DNA of 62,829 nucleotides, filler included, from Klebsormidium nitens (taxonomy: Eukaryota; Plantae; Klebsormidiophyceae), in NCBI GenBank assembly GCA_000708835.1. It is 11 parts of 11 records of this genome, joined end to end, with 100 filler letters (N's around TTAATTAATTAA, not from the genome) between each part and the next. Parts side by side here need not be neighbours in the genome. Positions count along the whole stretch, not along the records: positions 8,900 to 12,728 come from DF238019.1; positions 12,829 to 18,097 come from DF238438.1; positions 18,198 to 36,734 come from DF237949.1; 8 more parts are not named here. The stretch is one strand, 5' to 3'. The number at the start of each line of letters is the position of its first letter. The first letter of the stretch is position 1. This document shows positions 11,121-22,000 of the stretch, one piece after another. A program made the position numbers and the translations under genes. The notes under the pieces are model-generated. The model ran no database searches. It saw only the letters and a list, made by a program, of their open reading frames with translations, and was not told where the DNA came from.

Positions 11121-12668
11121 TGGTTCTCTCATGTCAATGAAGGCATCGGTAGGAGCGGTCTGCTTTATCGTGGATGCTCTTTGAGCACAGCGACATTTGA
11201 AAGCCCGTAAGGGGGATCAAGAGGCAGGGAAAGCCTAAAAGGAAATTTTCCACCTTTGGTCCTGAGAAGGAGAGAAAGGGAACGCAATCCCTAAAATGGC
11301 CGACGGATACAAGGTCCACATCGATAAGTTGGATGTGCAGAATTATAGAACGTGGAGTTCAAAGCCTTGAGTTTCTTCTTACTTCCAAGGATCTGTGGAA
11401 CGGGGTTGAGGATCCCGTAGCGCACCCTGCTCAATCAAAGAAAGCGTTGTCCATCATCGGGCTAAACGTTGAGGACCACCATTTAGGATCGATTGAGGAG
11501 TGCAAAACCGCAAAGGAGGCGTGGGATCTCCTTGAGAAGACCTACAAGAGCAAAACCAATGCAAGGAAGATGCAACTCAGGCAAGAGTTGCATTCTCTCA
11601 AGATGAAGTCGGGTGAGCCCGTGACCATGTATGTGGGTCGGGCAAAGGATCTGTATAGGGACCTGGTCGCCACCGGTTTTGAGAAGAAGCCAGATGAGTT
11701 GGCATGGAGCGTGCTTGCGGGATTGCCCAAGACGTTAAGTAACCCTGAGAACAATCCTCGAGGCTTCGGAGAGCGCCATTAGCTCGGTGGATGCGATTCT
11801 GCCGAAGCTCTTGGTGCATGAGCAGGGGTTTGAGGAGTCGCCCAAGGAAAAGGGCGGCGGTGGGTCAGACTCCGCTGTGGCCTATGTGGCCGGGCGGAAA
11901 GGGGGCAAGGAGAAGAGCCACGGCAAGGATGAGAGCCGGGGCAAGGGTCCCAAGTGCTATTATTGCGGGGAGTTTGGCCACATTGTTCGGAAGTGCGGCA
12001 AGCCGGATAGGCGGGAGCACAAGCCGGAGCAGAAGAAGGGGGGGAAACCTCCCAAGGGTGTGGCCTCGATGTGGCCTTTAGCGTCATTGAGGGGGTGTCG
12101 ACCGACGAGGGGCTCGTCGATTCGGGGGGCTCCCAACACCTAACCGGGGACAAGAGCCTATTTGAGACCCTCGAAATGTTCGGGGGGAGTGGCCGAGAGT
12201 TCACGTTCGGGGACAAGGAAATCCTATGGGCAGAGGGGAGCGGCTCGGTCCAGCTGCGATGTGCGACACCGACTGGAGAAAGTTTGGTCACTCTGCAGAA
12301 CGTGATGTATGTCCCGGGGGTGGCGGCGAATTTGATCTCGGTGAGCAAGGCCACCGAGGTTGCGTCAGTGCTGTTCAAGGAGAACGGCAACTGCGAGCTT
12401 GAGGTTGACGGGGAGGTAGTCCTTGTGGCTCGGAAGGTGAAGGGTGTCTATGTGATCAACCGGGCGGAGAAGGAGACGTGCTTCCTTGTGAAGAAGCCGG
12501 AAACGGCGGAGTTGTGGCACCGTCGGTTGGGACACGCTGGGTACGAAAACTTGGCGAAAATGGTGCAGGGAGACCTCGTGGAAGGGGTCGGGGTGAAACC
12601 GAGTGCGTTCAGGGCGCTTAAGACCTCGGTGTGTGAGCCCTGCATTATGGGGAAGCAAACTAGGCTCT
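11121..12668 (+). pseudogene. Ty1/copia gag-pol 5' half (UBN2 gag, CCHC knuckle, protease, GAG-pre-integrase), frameshifted and truncated by an LTR insertion
   Basis: ATG at 11296 (MADGYKVHIDKLDVQNYRTWS). KTAKEAWDLLEKTY...LRQELHSLKM; CYYCGEFGHIVRKC; LVDSGGSQHLT; LWHRRLGHAGY...CEPCIMGKQTR. At least three frameshifts. Confidence 0.92.
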
Positions 12669-12728
12669 GTTAGAAACACAGCGTTGTTGGAAGTGATATT
12701 CAATCAATCAAGTTCACACAATGTATAT
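12669..12728 (-). mobile_element. End of an LTR of the 8014-8365 family, inserted into the copia integrase region (rest in gap)
   Basis: TGTTAGAAACACAGCGTTGTTGGAAGTGATATTCAATCAATCAAGTTCACACAATGTATAT is nearly identical to 8014-8073. Confidence 0.82.
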
Positions 12729-13147
12729 NNNNNNNNNNNNNNNNNNNNNNNNNNNNNNNNNNNNNNNNNNNNTTAATTAATTAANNNNNNNNNNNNNNNN
12801 NNNNNNNNNNNNNNNNNNNNNNNNNNNNCCCGGCCTTGTCTTCAGAGAAAAGGTCAAGGCCCCGGTCCACATAGCCACCACCCGAGCACAATTTTTGGAC
12901 ATAAGCACTATCGTATGCATGTAATTGCGCCCATTGTTAACGTTGAAAAATGCTTTTCCGATACATCCATAGTCTACCATCTCTGACCTGTGGGCTAAAA
13001 GATGATATGTTAGCTTGAAAAAGCATGTATGCCAGCCGAAATCCGGCTGGGGCTTCGCCCCAAGCCAAAGGCCAACAGCCCCCCCCCCTCCCCGCCTTCG
13101 GTTGGTTGAAGCAACCCAAGCCCCCCCCCCCAACAGAATACCTAAGG

Positions 13148-13184
13148 GGGTGCCACTTCAAAGTGACGGTACCCTTACTTCTAG
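13148..13184 (+). mobile_element. Possible Helitron 3' terminus
   Basis: Imperfect hairpin GGGTGCC-ACTT-CA-AAGT-GAC-GGTACCC (13148-13174), then TTACTT-CTAG followed by T. Confidence 0.33.
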
Positions 13185-14323
13185 TAGTTGTGCTTCCTCT
13201 TGAAAGGCGCTCAAGGCGCGTTTATTTCAACATTTCTTCCATCACAAGTGGAAACTAGATCGAAGCGTCCTCTCCAACTTTATAAGGGAATGCTTTGAAG
13301 TTTGATCCGTCCAGACCATTACCATGGTGCAGTCAGGACTGCAGTCAGAGATTAGTAGACTGGCTCAGCTTGGGCAGGCAGGGCAAAGTTGCGCACAGAA
13401 CTTGGCCATGTGACGTGAACGGCGGCTGGCAAGCCCATGATCCGATCCTGCATTGAAAGTTTGGGGTGATACCTGAGGACTGCATTCAGGATGGCACACC
13501 GCCCTGTAAGAGGCGAAGCACTGGGATTGTCGGAGTGCTCGTTTGTGGAGGCGGGGCGCCTGTTGCGCATCTTCCTAGCGGCGCGCAAGGAGCTGATAAC
13601 GGATGCGCCAGACACGTTTGCTCAGCTCTTGGCTGTCAGGCAGTCTCTTGAGCATTTAGGGGGGCCAACCAACGCTCTGAGGCAGGCTGACAGGTAAGGT
13701 TTCTCACTTTCTTTGTTTGATTCTGCCTGGTTAATGGGGGCCAATCTGTGAAGGAACTTACTGTTTTCAAACCACTCTCAGGTGCTCGTCCTGACTGTTT
13801 TCCTCAGAACTTTCAAATAGTGGCATTTTAAGGCACTCCGATGCACATTGCGGTCGCCCTGATGTTAGGCCACTTCAGCTTTCATTGCATTGATCTGCCT
13901 GATTCGGGGCGGCCTCTGCATGAAGTTGCAGGTTTTAGAGACTTATCTGTAGGCTCCTGAAGTCAGCTTTTGGAAACAGTTTTTGGGTGCTCGCGTCGAT
14001 GTGGTTCTCAAAAATAGCCAAGCAGGACCAGATCGAGGGGACGCCGATGCAGGTTAACTTCGCATCAACCGCGGGTCATTTTCATTGTTGGTACACTTTT
14101 TCTGCAGAGTGTATGGAGCAACTCGATTTCCGTCCTTCAGGCAAATGCTATTCCTCTGTTTCGCTGACAGCTGACGGAGCTCAATAACATGTCGATGGAG
14201 TGGTGGTACATTTTTGTTGCCAGCCTGTTTGCTGTACCACAGAAAGGAGTCTTTGGGCCCACTTTCTTGAAGTATCCAAGTATGGAAGTTGTATCCAAGT
14301 TCGCCTCCCACTCCTGAACCCCC

Positions 14324-15712
14324 TTGACCGCTGCCTTACTCTGCAGCAGAACCTCCATGAGGACCGCTGCACAACCCCCAACTGCTCCAAAAACGCCGTC
14401 TGGTCAAACGCCGCAAACTGAAGCAGGGAAGGCTAAAGATCCTGTTGGTCAGGCTGGAGTGGCATCCGCTGGTGTGGAAGCTTTAGGCACCCCTGCAAGT
14501 CTGGAGCAGCAGCGAAAGGAGGAGAAGCAGAGGAGGAAAGAGGAAAGGCGACGCCAGAAAGAGGAAGCCAGGGGGAAAGACGGTGGTGCTGCGTTGCCAG
14601 AGGTGGCCGCGGCGGCGCAAAGAGTTGCAGCGGGTGGAGGAGGGCTAAATGAGGAGGAAAGGAGACGGGAACAGAAGCGACTTAGAAAGGAAGAGAGGCG
14701 GCGAAAGAGGGAAGTGGTCGCAAATGGGGTTGAGGCAGGGGGTGGGGAGGAGTCAGGGCTTGGTGTTGGCTTGAGCACTTCTGGTCAGAATGACGGCGCC
14801 TTGCGAGGGATTTCGAGAGAAGAGGACGAGCTGAGGAAACAAAAGGAGGAGAAGCGGAGGAGGAAAGAGGAGAGGAAAAGGGCAAAGGAGCGGGAGGGGA
14901 CATTGGACGCTGCTGCGCCGCCACCTGTCAGCGCGCCGTTGGGCGGAGTTGCTTCCACCAAGAGGCCGTCAGAAGAACTAGAGGTGGATCAGCAAAAGGA
15001 GGAGAAGCGGAGGAGGAAAGAGGAAAGGCGACGCCAGAAAGAGGACGGCAAAGAGAAGGATGGTGTGCCAGACGCGGGTGCCGCAGCGCAAACAGCTGCA
15101 TCGGGTGAAGGAGAGCGGAATGAGGAGGAAAGGAGACGGGAAGAAAAACGGCTTATTAAGGAGGAGCGGCGGCGAGAGAGGGAAGCGGCCGCGAACGGAG
15201 TCAAGGCCGGGGATCGGGTGGAGTCGGGGCTTGGTGGTGTTGACAATTCTTGGAGTCAGAATCAAAAGAGTGTCCCGTGAGGGACTTTTGTACAAGAGGA
15301 AGAGCGGAGGAGAGCGAAGGAGGAGAAGCAAAGGAGGAAAGAGGAGCGGAAAAAGGCGAGAGAACTCGGGGAGGTGCCGGATGCCGCTGTGCCGCCACCT
15401 GTCAGCGCAGCGTTGGTTGGAGCTGCTTCCACCAAGAGGCCGTCAGAAGAACCAGACGGAGATCAAAAACGGGGTCAGAAGCGAGCGAAAGTGGACACGC
15501 CGCAGGTTATGAGTAAGAGGCCTAGAGAAGAGGAGAACGGATTGGAAATGGAAAAGCCCGTTGGAAAGAAGCAGCGAGGAGATAGACTGCCAAGGTTAAG
15601 TGTTCAACCGAACGGGGTGTCAGCGGGCAATACTGACGAGGAGGCTGTGAGAAAAGGAGAGCAGGGCAGGCAGAAGGAGCAGAAGGGGAGGGCGAGGGAC
15701 ATGGTTGGATAG
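14324..15712 (+). pseudogene. K/E/R-rich repetitive protein with a ~480-bp internal duplication and one in-frame TGA (15278-15280); upstream exon around 13500-13693
   Basis: ORFs 14324-15280 and 15374-15712 share a frame, separated by a single TGA that aligns with CGA (14804) in the first repeat copy. Repeated KEEKRRRKEERRRQKE motifs. GTAAGG donor at 13694. Confidence 0.5.
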
Positions 15713-17725
15713 CCCTGGGATCAGCGGCGAGGCGGAGAGGATTCAGCGGGTACTTTCCAAACGAGGAGATATTCAGCTTTGCATCCCAAGTGGGGAGCGG
15801 CGGGGGTGGTGATAGCAAAGTCAAAGGTTTGCCTGCCTTTGTCGTTGTGGTTGAGAAGAGGTAAGGGGGCACCAATTACGTAATCGAAAGGCTGTCAAGT
15901 GGTTGCGTCTAGGAGTCAGAGTGGCTTGGCGTACGCTCCCAGCTTGCTATGAAGCTATGAAAGGCGCGTACTCGGTGTACAAACTCTCCGGCCGGAATTG
16001 AGCCGCCTGCAAAACCTACAACAAAGTTTGGACTTAATTCAACGGTTATGCAACACCGTCCCTTTTAGTGCCGGCCTGGCATGCCGATCATGTTCCTTCT
16101 ACATCTAGCTTTGAATATTGAGGACATATCTGCCAGCTTAATTGCAACTATGCCTTGCCAAGGTTCGCTGGGCCTCATAGCTCTCAGTATTTGACTTGAG
16201 GCTCGTTAAGATAATGAAGTCATCCCCACTTCAACCATGTCAAAGAAGTTGGCCATTCGGTCGCCAGGCAACTGGCGGTTGCTGTTCCATCCATCCATTA
16301 GGTACGTTTTCCTTGGAGCAGTCGCGACCATACATGCATCATACCATCTCATATAATGTTATACATCAAACAACAAGCAAACCGCTGCATGACACCTGCA
16401 ATGATGCATATGGTGGGGATCGGATCCAATCTACTGCGTTGAGCTGATGAAGTCAACCATGCATATAGCATTGTTGCATACGCAAAATTGGCGCGGCCTC
16501 TTGAGTACGTATATGATGTCTCATGATACAAACAGTTGTGGCCGCTAAAGATCGGACATGCAGTGATACTGCATATTGAATTCATCGACAGTCGATCCGA
16601 CAGGTCCGTACGTCCGAATCATCATGTGTTGGTTGCGCTCGCTGGCAACACAAGCTAGCTTGCGAGTCGGGTATACACGTCGCGAACTCAAAAGAAATAG
16701 CTAGAGATGAGTTGCATGATGAGTCGCCATGCCATGTATTCAACAATTGTAGACAAGAGCTCGCTAGGTTCAGTATTCTAGCCCTCGGCCAAGCTACTCT
16801 TGTCTATCTTTGCTTGAGTCACCATCTTCTTCCGCGGGTTTTGCCGCGAGCTTGCGAGCCACGAAGCTCGTTACTAGAAACGGGGCGACAGTGTCCTTTA
16901 TCGCAGATGCGATTGCATCTTTGAGTGCCGCATTCTTGGACCAGAGGCTCAGACCGGGGAAGAAGGTGCGTATCACCGGTAGTGGCGGCCAGGTATGCCG
17001 CCAGAAACATTAGCGCTAGCAAAATCTCATGCGGCGAAAGGCCGCCGAACTCCTGCTCAAGAGAGAGGGATGAGCTGTTATTGTCTTGTCAAACGGCGCA
17101 TATGACGCACATATGACGTAACATCCGCATTGATCAGGTCACATACAAGTCAATCAAGTTCGACTCCGGAGGCCAGGCTAAGTCACGCTATTTCACTAAC
17201 GTAATCTTCAGTAGGCATCTGTATCTGTGCAAGGAACTTGAATCCTTGCTTGTACGTTCCTGGAATGTATTCACAACGGCTGAACGGAATTGTCAAGCTC
17301 AAAGTAGAACTACGTACTTCATGAAATCTCTATATTATTGAGGCAATCTTCGTGTTTCTGAGAAAGATCCAAGTTACCCCGCTTCAAACACAATAATATA
17401 CAATTCCCGAAAAAAAGTGAGGAACTCGTCTCGTCGCAAGCAAGTCGTCGTCCTTGCTAGTGCTCAAAGAGGCTTCCGGAATGCTTACAAAGTGTGCAGA
17501 TATCTGGATCGTCCGATTTGTCGGAGCTTCCTGTCCCCTCGTTGTCCAGATTATCAAGGGCACGCCGCTGAAACTCACCTGGTTGATGGTCGATGCTGTC
17601 GAGGTGGAAACCTCCGTAAGGCGATTAATCGCGACCATGAGCTCGTGGGTCTCCGGGCCTTCTGGAAAAAAGATGATTATGAGCTTCAAAGTGACGTCAA
17701 CAAGAAGCTTGCATCAAGAGCCCTG

Positions 17726-18035
17726 TGTTGGAAATCAGCTAGAGACAGCACACATGGATGCAGAGGTTCACACAAAGCACATGGGAGGCGCCCTTCACTC
17801 TCAATTGCACAAAGGCACACTCTTGTTATGATGCAGGTTTGAGTCAGGTCTCTGTCCTAACTTCCGGCCTACCCAGATCTACTTCTAGAGACTTCCAGAT
17901 CTGGGGTACTCCCCTTACTCCGAGTCACGCAACCTAGATTCGGGTCTAACTCGATCTAATTCCGACTCTAACCCTCAAACCCTAATCTACTAACCCTAAT
18001 GTTTGGCGTCCGGATTGTCTCGTCACAATCCAACA
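17726..18035 (-). mobile_element. 3' LTR (310 bp) of a third LTR family (body in gap)
   Basis: Perfect 7-bp terminal inverted repeat TGTTGGA...TCCAACA. PPT GTGGGGGAG abuts it on the minus strand. Two telo-like AACCCTAA motifs. Confidence 0.8.
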
Positions 18036-18198
18036 CTCCCCCACGCCGAACATTATCTCTCTTTCCACACTGCCTCTCGATTACATCCCTAGCAATTNNN
18101 NNNNNNNNNNNNNNNNNNNNNNNNNNNNNNNNNNNNNNNNNTTAATTAATTAANNNNNNNNNNNNNNNNNNNNNNNNNNNNNNNNNNNNNNNNNNNNA

Positions 18199-18282
18199 CT
18201 GCCAGGACTCGAACCCTGGCCAGGCTGGGGCTCGAGGCTCAAGCCGTCCGACCAAACTCTTTGCCCACTGGGCTAAAAAGAG
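18199..18282 (-). mobile_element. tRNA-derived SINE-like head (Pol III A and B boxes)
   Basis: Minus strand: TAGCCCAGTGG (A box) ... GGTTCGAGTCC (B box) within the stem GCCAGG-GTTCGAGT-CCTGGC. No valid cloverleaf. Truncated by the gap. Confidence 0.5.
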
Positions 18283-18315
18283 CGCGTACGTTTACTCAAC
18301 CTTGCAAATCTCAAA

Positions 18316-18606
18316 TCTATATAATAAAATTATTCGGCAGTGTACGGCCGTAAATCCTGGAACCGATATCGACGACCGTCATTCCTTACACGTGGCAGAT
18401 TCCTATGTTCTTGCCCTGTCGCAACAGCACGAGAGCAGTTTCAACGTTCGACGCGGTTCGGTACGCTTAGTCGATATTCTGCGCCAGTCATCCAGAGTCA
18501 GCTCCGAAGATATCTACACTTCCGTTTTTTTTCGATCCGTCGCTTTCAAACCCCAGGTTGTCGCGGCCGTCCGATAAAGCGGATCGGCCGTTCAACAGGG
18601 AATTAG
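18316..18606 (+). mobile_element. Possible short non-autonomous Helitron
   Basis: 5' A|TCTATATAATAAAAT. 3' hairpin CGGCCG-TCCG-ATAAAG-CGGA-T-CGGCCG followed by TTAG|T (non-canonical; CTAG expected). Confidence 0.28.
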
Positions 18607-19024
18607 TATGCTAGCGAAATAGAACCGTCAGTCGTTACGGTTATTGATTGATCGTTCGATAAGAAAAGCGGCTATCTGGACGGCTAGAATTGTCCCGGAT
18701 AGTGCCATAGGTTGGCCATCCAATCACAATGCATCGTCACCCAAAATATGGCGCCAAGTCCGCATAGCTTTATTAGTACAAGCCTGGCGGATAACACTCG
18801 CAAAGCTGACGGGGATTGTCGCCGAGAATCTGAGCTCCTGAGTCCTGGCGAACTGCAGTGCGAGAATCGGAGCTGAGAATCTTTCATTCTTCAGTTTTCT
18901 GAAGGATAAGACTTACCAGCTTTCAGGCGTTCTAGCGTCCTGCTTTCCTGCGTAGTGCCTGCTTTCCGATTGCGTTAGACAGCCCCCCACCGTGAGTTAG
19001 ACAGCATCCGAGAGGCGCCACACC

Positions 19025-22000
19025 ATGGCGTCTCTCTTCAGCCTCGTTGACCAGGCGTTTGTTATGCCCCTCGAGCACATCGCTCACTTTATCCGAGAGG
19101 GAGCATGTGATTTCACAGAGGTGCTCTGCACCAGTCTGAGTGAGGTCGCTGGAGGGGATCTCCTCGCAGAGACCGTTCGAGGCCTGGTTGGTGGGGCCCT
19201 GGAGGCGCTTCTCCCAGTAGAGGAGAAGGCCCCGGTGCAGGTGCACTGGGGGGTGTTGAGTGAGCTTGTAGAGGGAGAGGAGGAGGAGAGAGAGGGAGAG
19301 GGGGAGGCGGTGATGCTGTCTCTTACTGTCCAGGAGGAGGATGACGTGGCGGGGTCTCCCTGGGCAGACTGCGCAGAGGGTGACCGCCAGCAGGTGAGGA
19401 TGTTTCAGAAATGTTTGTTCAAAGAATGGCATTTGACAGCTAAAAAAAGGGCTTCCAAATGCAGCCAATTGCAGGTAAAATTACTGGTTTGACGTCACTG
19501 CGAAGCATAGTCTTTTCAAGAAGGCTGTCTCGCATCTTTTGCTTGTTCTTTCAGGAAATGTCACGTATGCTGGAAGATGACTTTTTGTTGATGACTGTTG
19601 GAAGCTGAGTCTAAATTGTCTCACGATGTAGTAAGTAACCTCCAATCCAAATGTACAATGCTGCGACACAATCTCAGGCTTTGCTGGCATGTATGTCTAA
19701 CATCAAACATTCTGACAATTGGGAGAATACTCTAGGGCCAGTATTTGTTCAGGCCATTTGTAAACTTTAGCAACTGAAGTTCACCTTTCCCTATAGGCGC
19801 CCTCTGCAGGGCCCCTCCCTGACATGGCCGACGTCCCCCTCGCCGCTGCCTCTGCGCCCGACCAGACGGAGCAGCGGGGCACCGGTGCAGTGGAGGTGGA
19901 GGCCACTATCACTGCGGAGGAGGCAAAGGGTCTCGATGATTTCTTGCTTGCAAAGGGCTTGCCCTCGTTCGAGGCTCTTTGCGTAAGTGAAAACACCAAT
20001 ACAAAGTCGATACCCGTGCCTGAAGCTTTGTTCCTAGCTCAAACCCTGGCTGAAAGAAAGCGTGATTCGTTGTGTTTTGAAATGGCCAGCGGAAAATGGT
20101 TTGCTTATGAATACGAGCAAACGACTCTGGCGCCCGGGATGGGGATGAGGATCGGTCTCCCGGCGCCTCCTGCGCAGAGGTTGGCCAGCACCAGGTAATG
20201 CGCTGGCAGACTTACTGAGAATGAAAGCTGCAACCGAAGAGTCTCTTGAACAAAGCCAGGAAGAAGGGACACTTTATGTGCTACGATAGACGAACATGAA
20301 GAAAGGTGGTGACACAATGTTTGTCTTCAGCAAGAGCAGCATTTTGTACAACAAACACTTCATTTGGGATTAATGACCCATAGAGTTCTGACAGTATTTG
20401 CCTATAAAGAAAAAAATGGGCTAAATCAGCCAGAAACAACAATCGAACAAAGCCAAAAGACGACATGCTTCAAAAGTGCAGGAAAAGTCCACGTTTTTGT
20501 AGACCAGAAGTCTTGCCGTAACATAACTTCATTCTTCTGAAGTCAGACTAGATGCGATCGACACTCTTGTTGGATCAAGTGTGGTTTGGAAGGCCATAAG
20601 CGGAAGAGGAAGTTCTGCAGGATTTCCCTACACAGTACTTGCTGCTTGAGCATTTGCACTCTTGTGCGTACTTCCGTTTGGGACGCTTTCGCTCCAATGC
20701 CAGTTCTCTAATGGTTCAGCTCCCTCCACAGGCACCCTCTGCCGCGCCCCTCGCTGAGGCGGCCGCAGACCCCTCCGTCGCTGCCCCTGCGCCCGCAGAC
20801 CCCCACACGCCCAGCCCCCAGAAGGAGCAGCGGGGCAGCGGCAGGGGCGGGTCGTCATCCGCAGGGGGGGGTCTCTTCAGCTCAGACGCCTTCACCCTCC
20901 CCAGTGACGACGGCACCCTCTTCTCAGACCCCCACTTTGAGTACCAGCCCCTCCCATCCCCCGACGCTCGTGCCCTCTCCATGATTGTAGCACTCGATCG
21001 GCAGCCTACCCCACAGCTGCTTGAGACCCTGTCGGCACTTGGCTTCTCAGAGGTCGTGCACATTGGTGGAGATGCGAGGGCAGAGTGTGAGGCGGTCACA
21101 GAGGTCCTTGGGTGCAGTACTAGAGTGTCAGAGACATTGGGGATCAGTGAGGGTGAGACGGTGGCGCCGAGTTACGCGGAGGCGCTGCTGCCGGAGGGGG
21201 TCCTGACGGACATGGAGGCGGACGGGGCTGGGGCTACGGAGGAGGCGATGACGCCGACGGCGCGGGGACAGGACCAGTCGCAGGTGCGTGCTTATCAAAA
21301 TGCCCGGTATATCTTTTTTGTGCCCCTCTTGACTTTTCTCTCTTTTCTGCAATCTGTCTCGATATTTCAGAAGAACATGCTTGATTCCGTTTGAGTGTCT
21401 GTCGTCTTTTCAACAGTTCATTTGGATTGTCCCGAAATTGCGAAGTCAATTATCCTGCTTGCAGCAAGCTCGAAGTTCGTGTCGACCTAACCCTCTTTCT
21501 AACCCTCTTTGATACGGTGTCTGCAGGCCAGCACGGCTGCTCTGCGCATCCCGTCCCCGTACTCGTTTCTGGAGGGGGCCCTGGAGTACTACCCAAACGT
21601 CACGCTCGACAGGGAGCTGGGCAGGGTGAGGAGCCAATGTTAATACCCGCTCTTGGAATCGTGAACCAACACCTGGTTTAGTAAGCATTGCCGAGAAGCA
21701 CTAACAGGAAAGGCCCGGTACACAGCATTCGCTGCGTCAGTTGCCACAGTCTCTAACTGAATCTGCTTCCGTCGCTGAAACTTCTGATTGCTCTCAGCAA
21801 GTTGTTACCTCACTGCTCTTCTTTGTCCGAATCGATACGGATCAAGTACTCTGAAAGGATACTGATAAGTTGATCTCCACTCGCAGGGCGGGCAGGGCGC
21901 GGTCTACTTGGCGCTCGCGACTCGCCCGACGGGAGAGGCCTTCCTCGTGGCCGCCAAGGTGCCGCTGGCGTGCCTCCCGGGGGACTACTTGCTGCCCGAG

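Noticed and set aside
17417-17725. HLVDGRCCRGGNLRKAI resembling kinase subdomain V
   Set aside because: No other kinase motifs nearby; cut by an LTR; too short to call.
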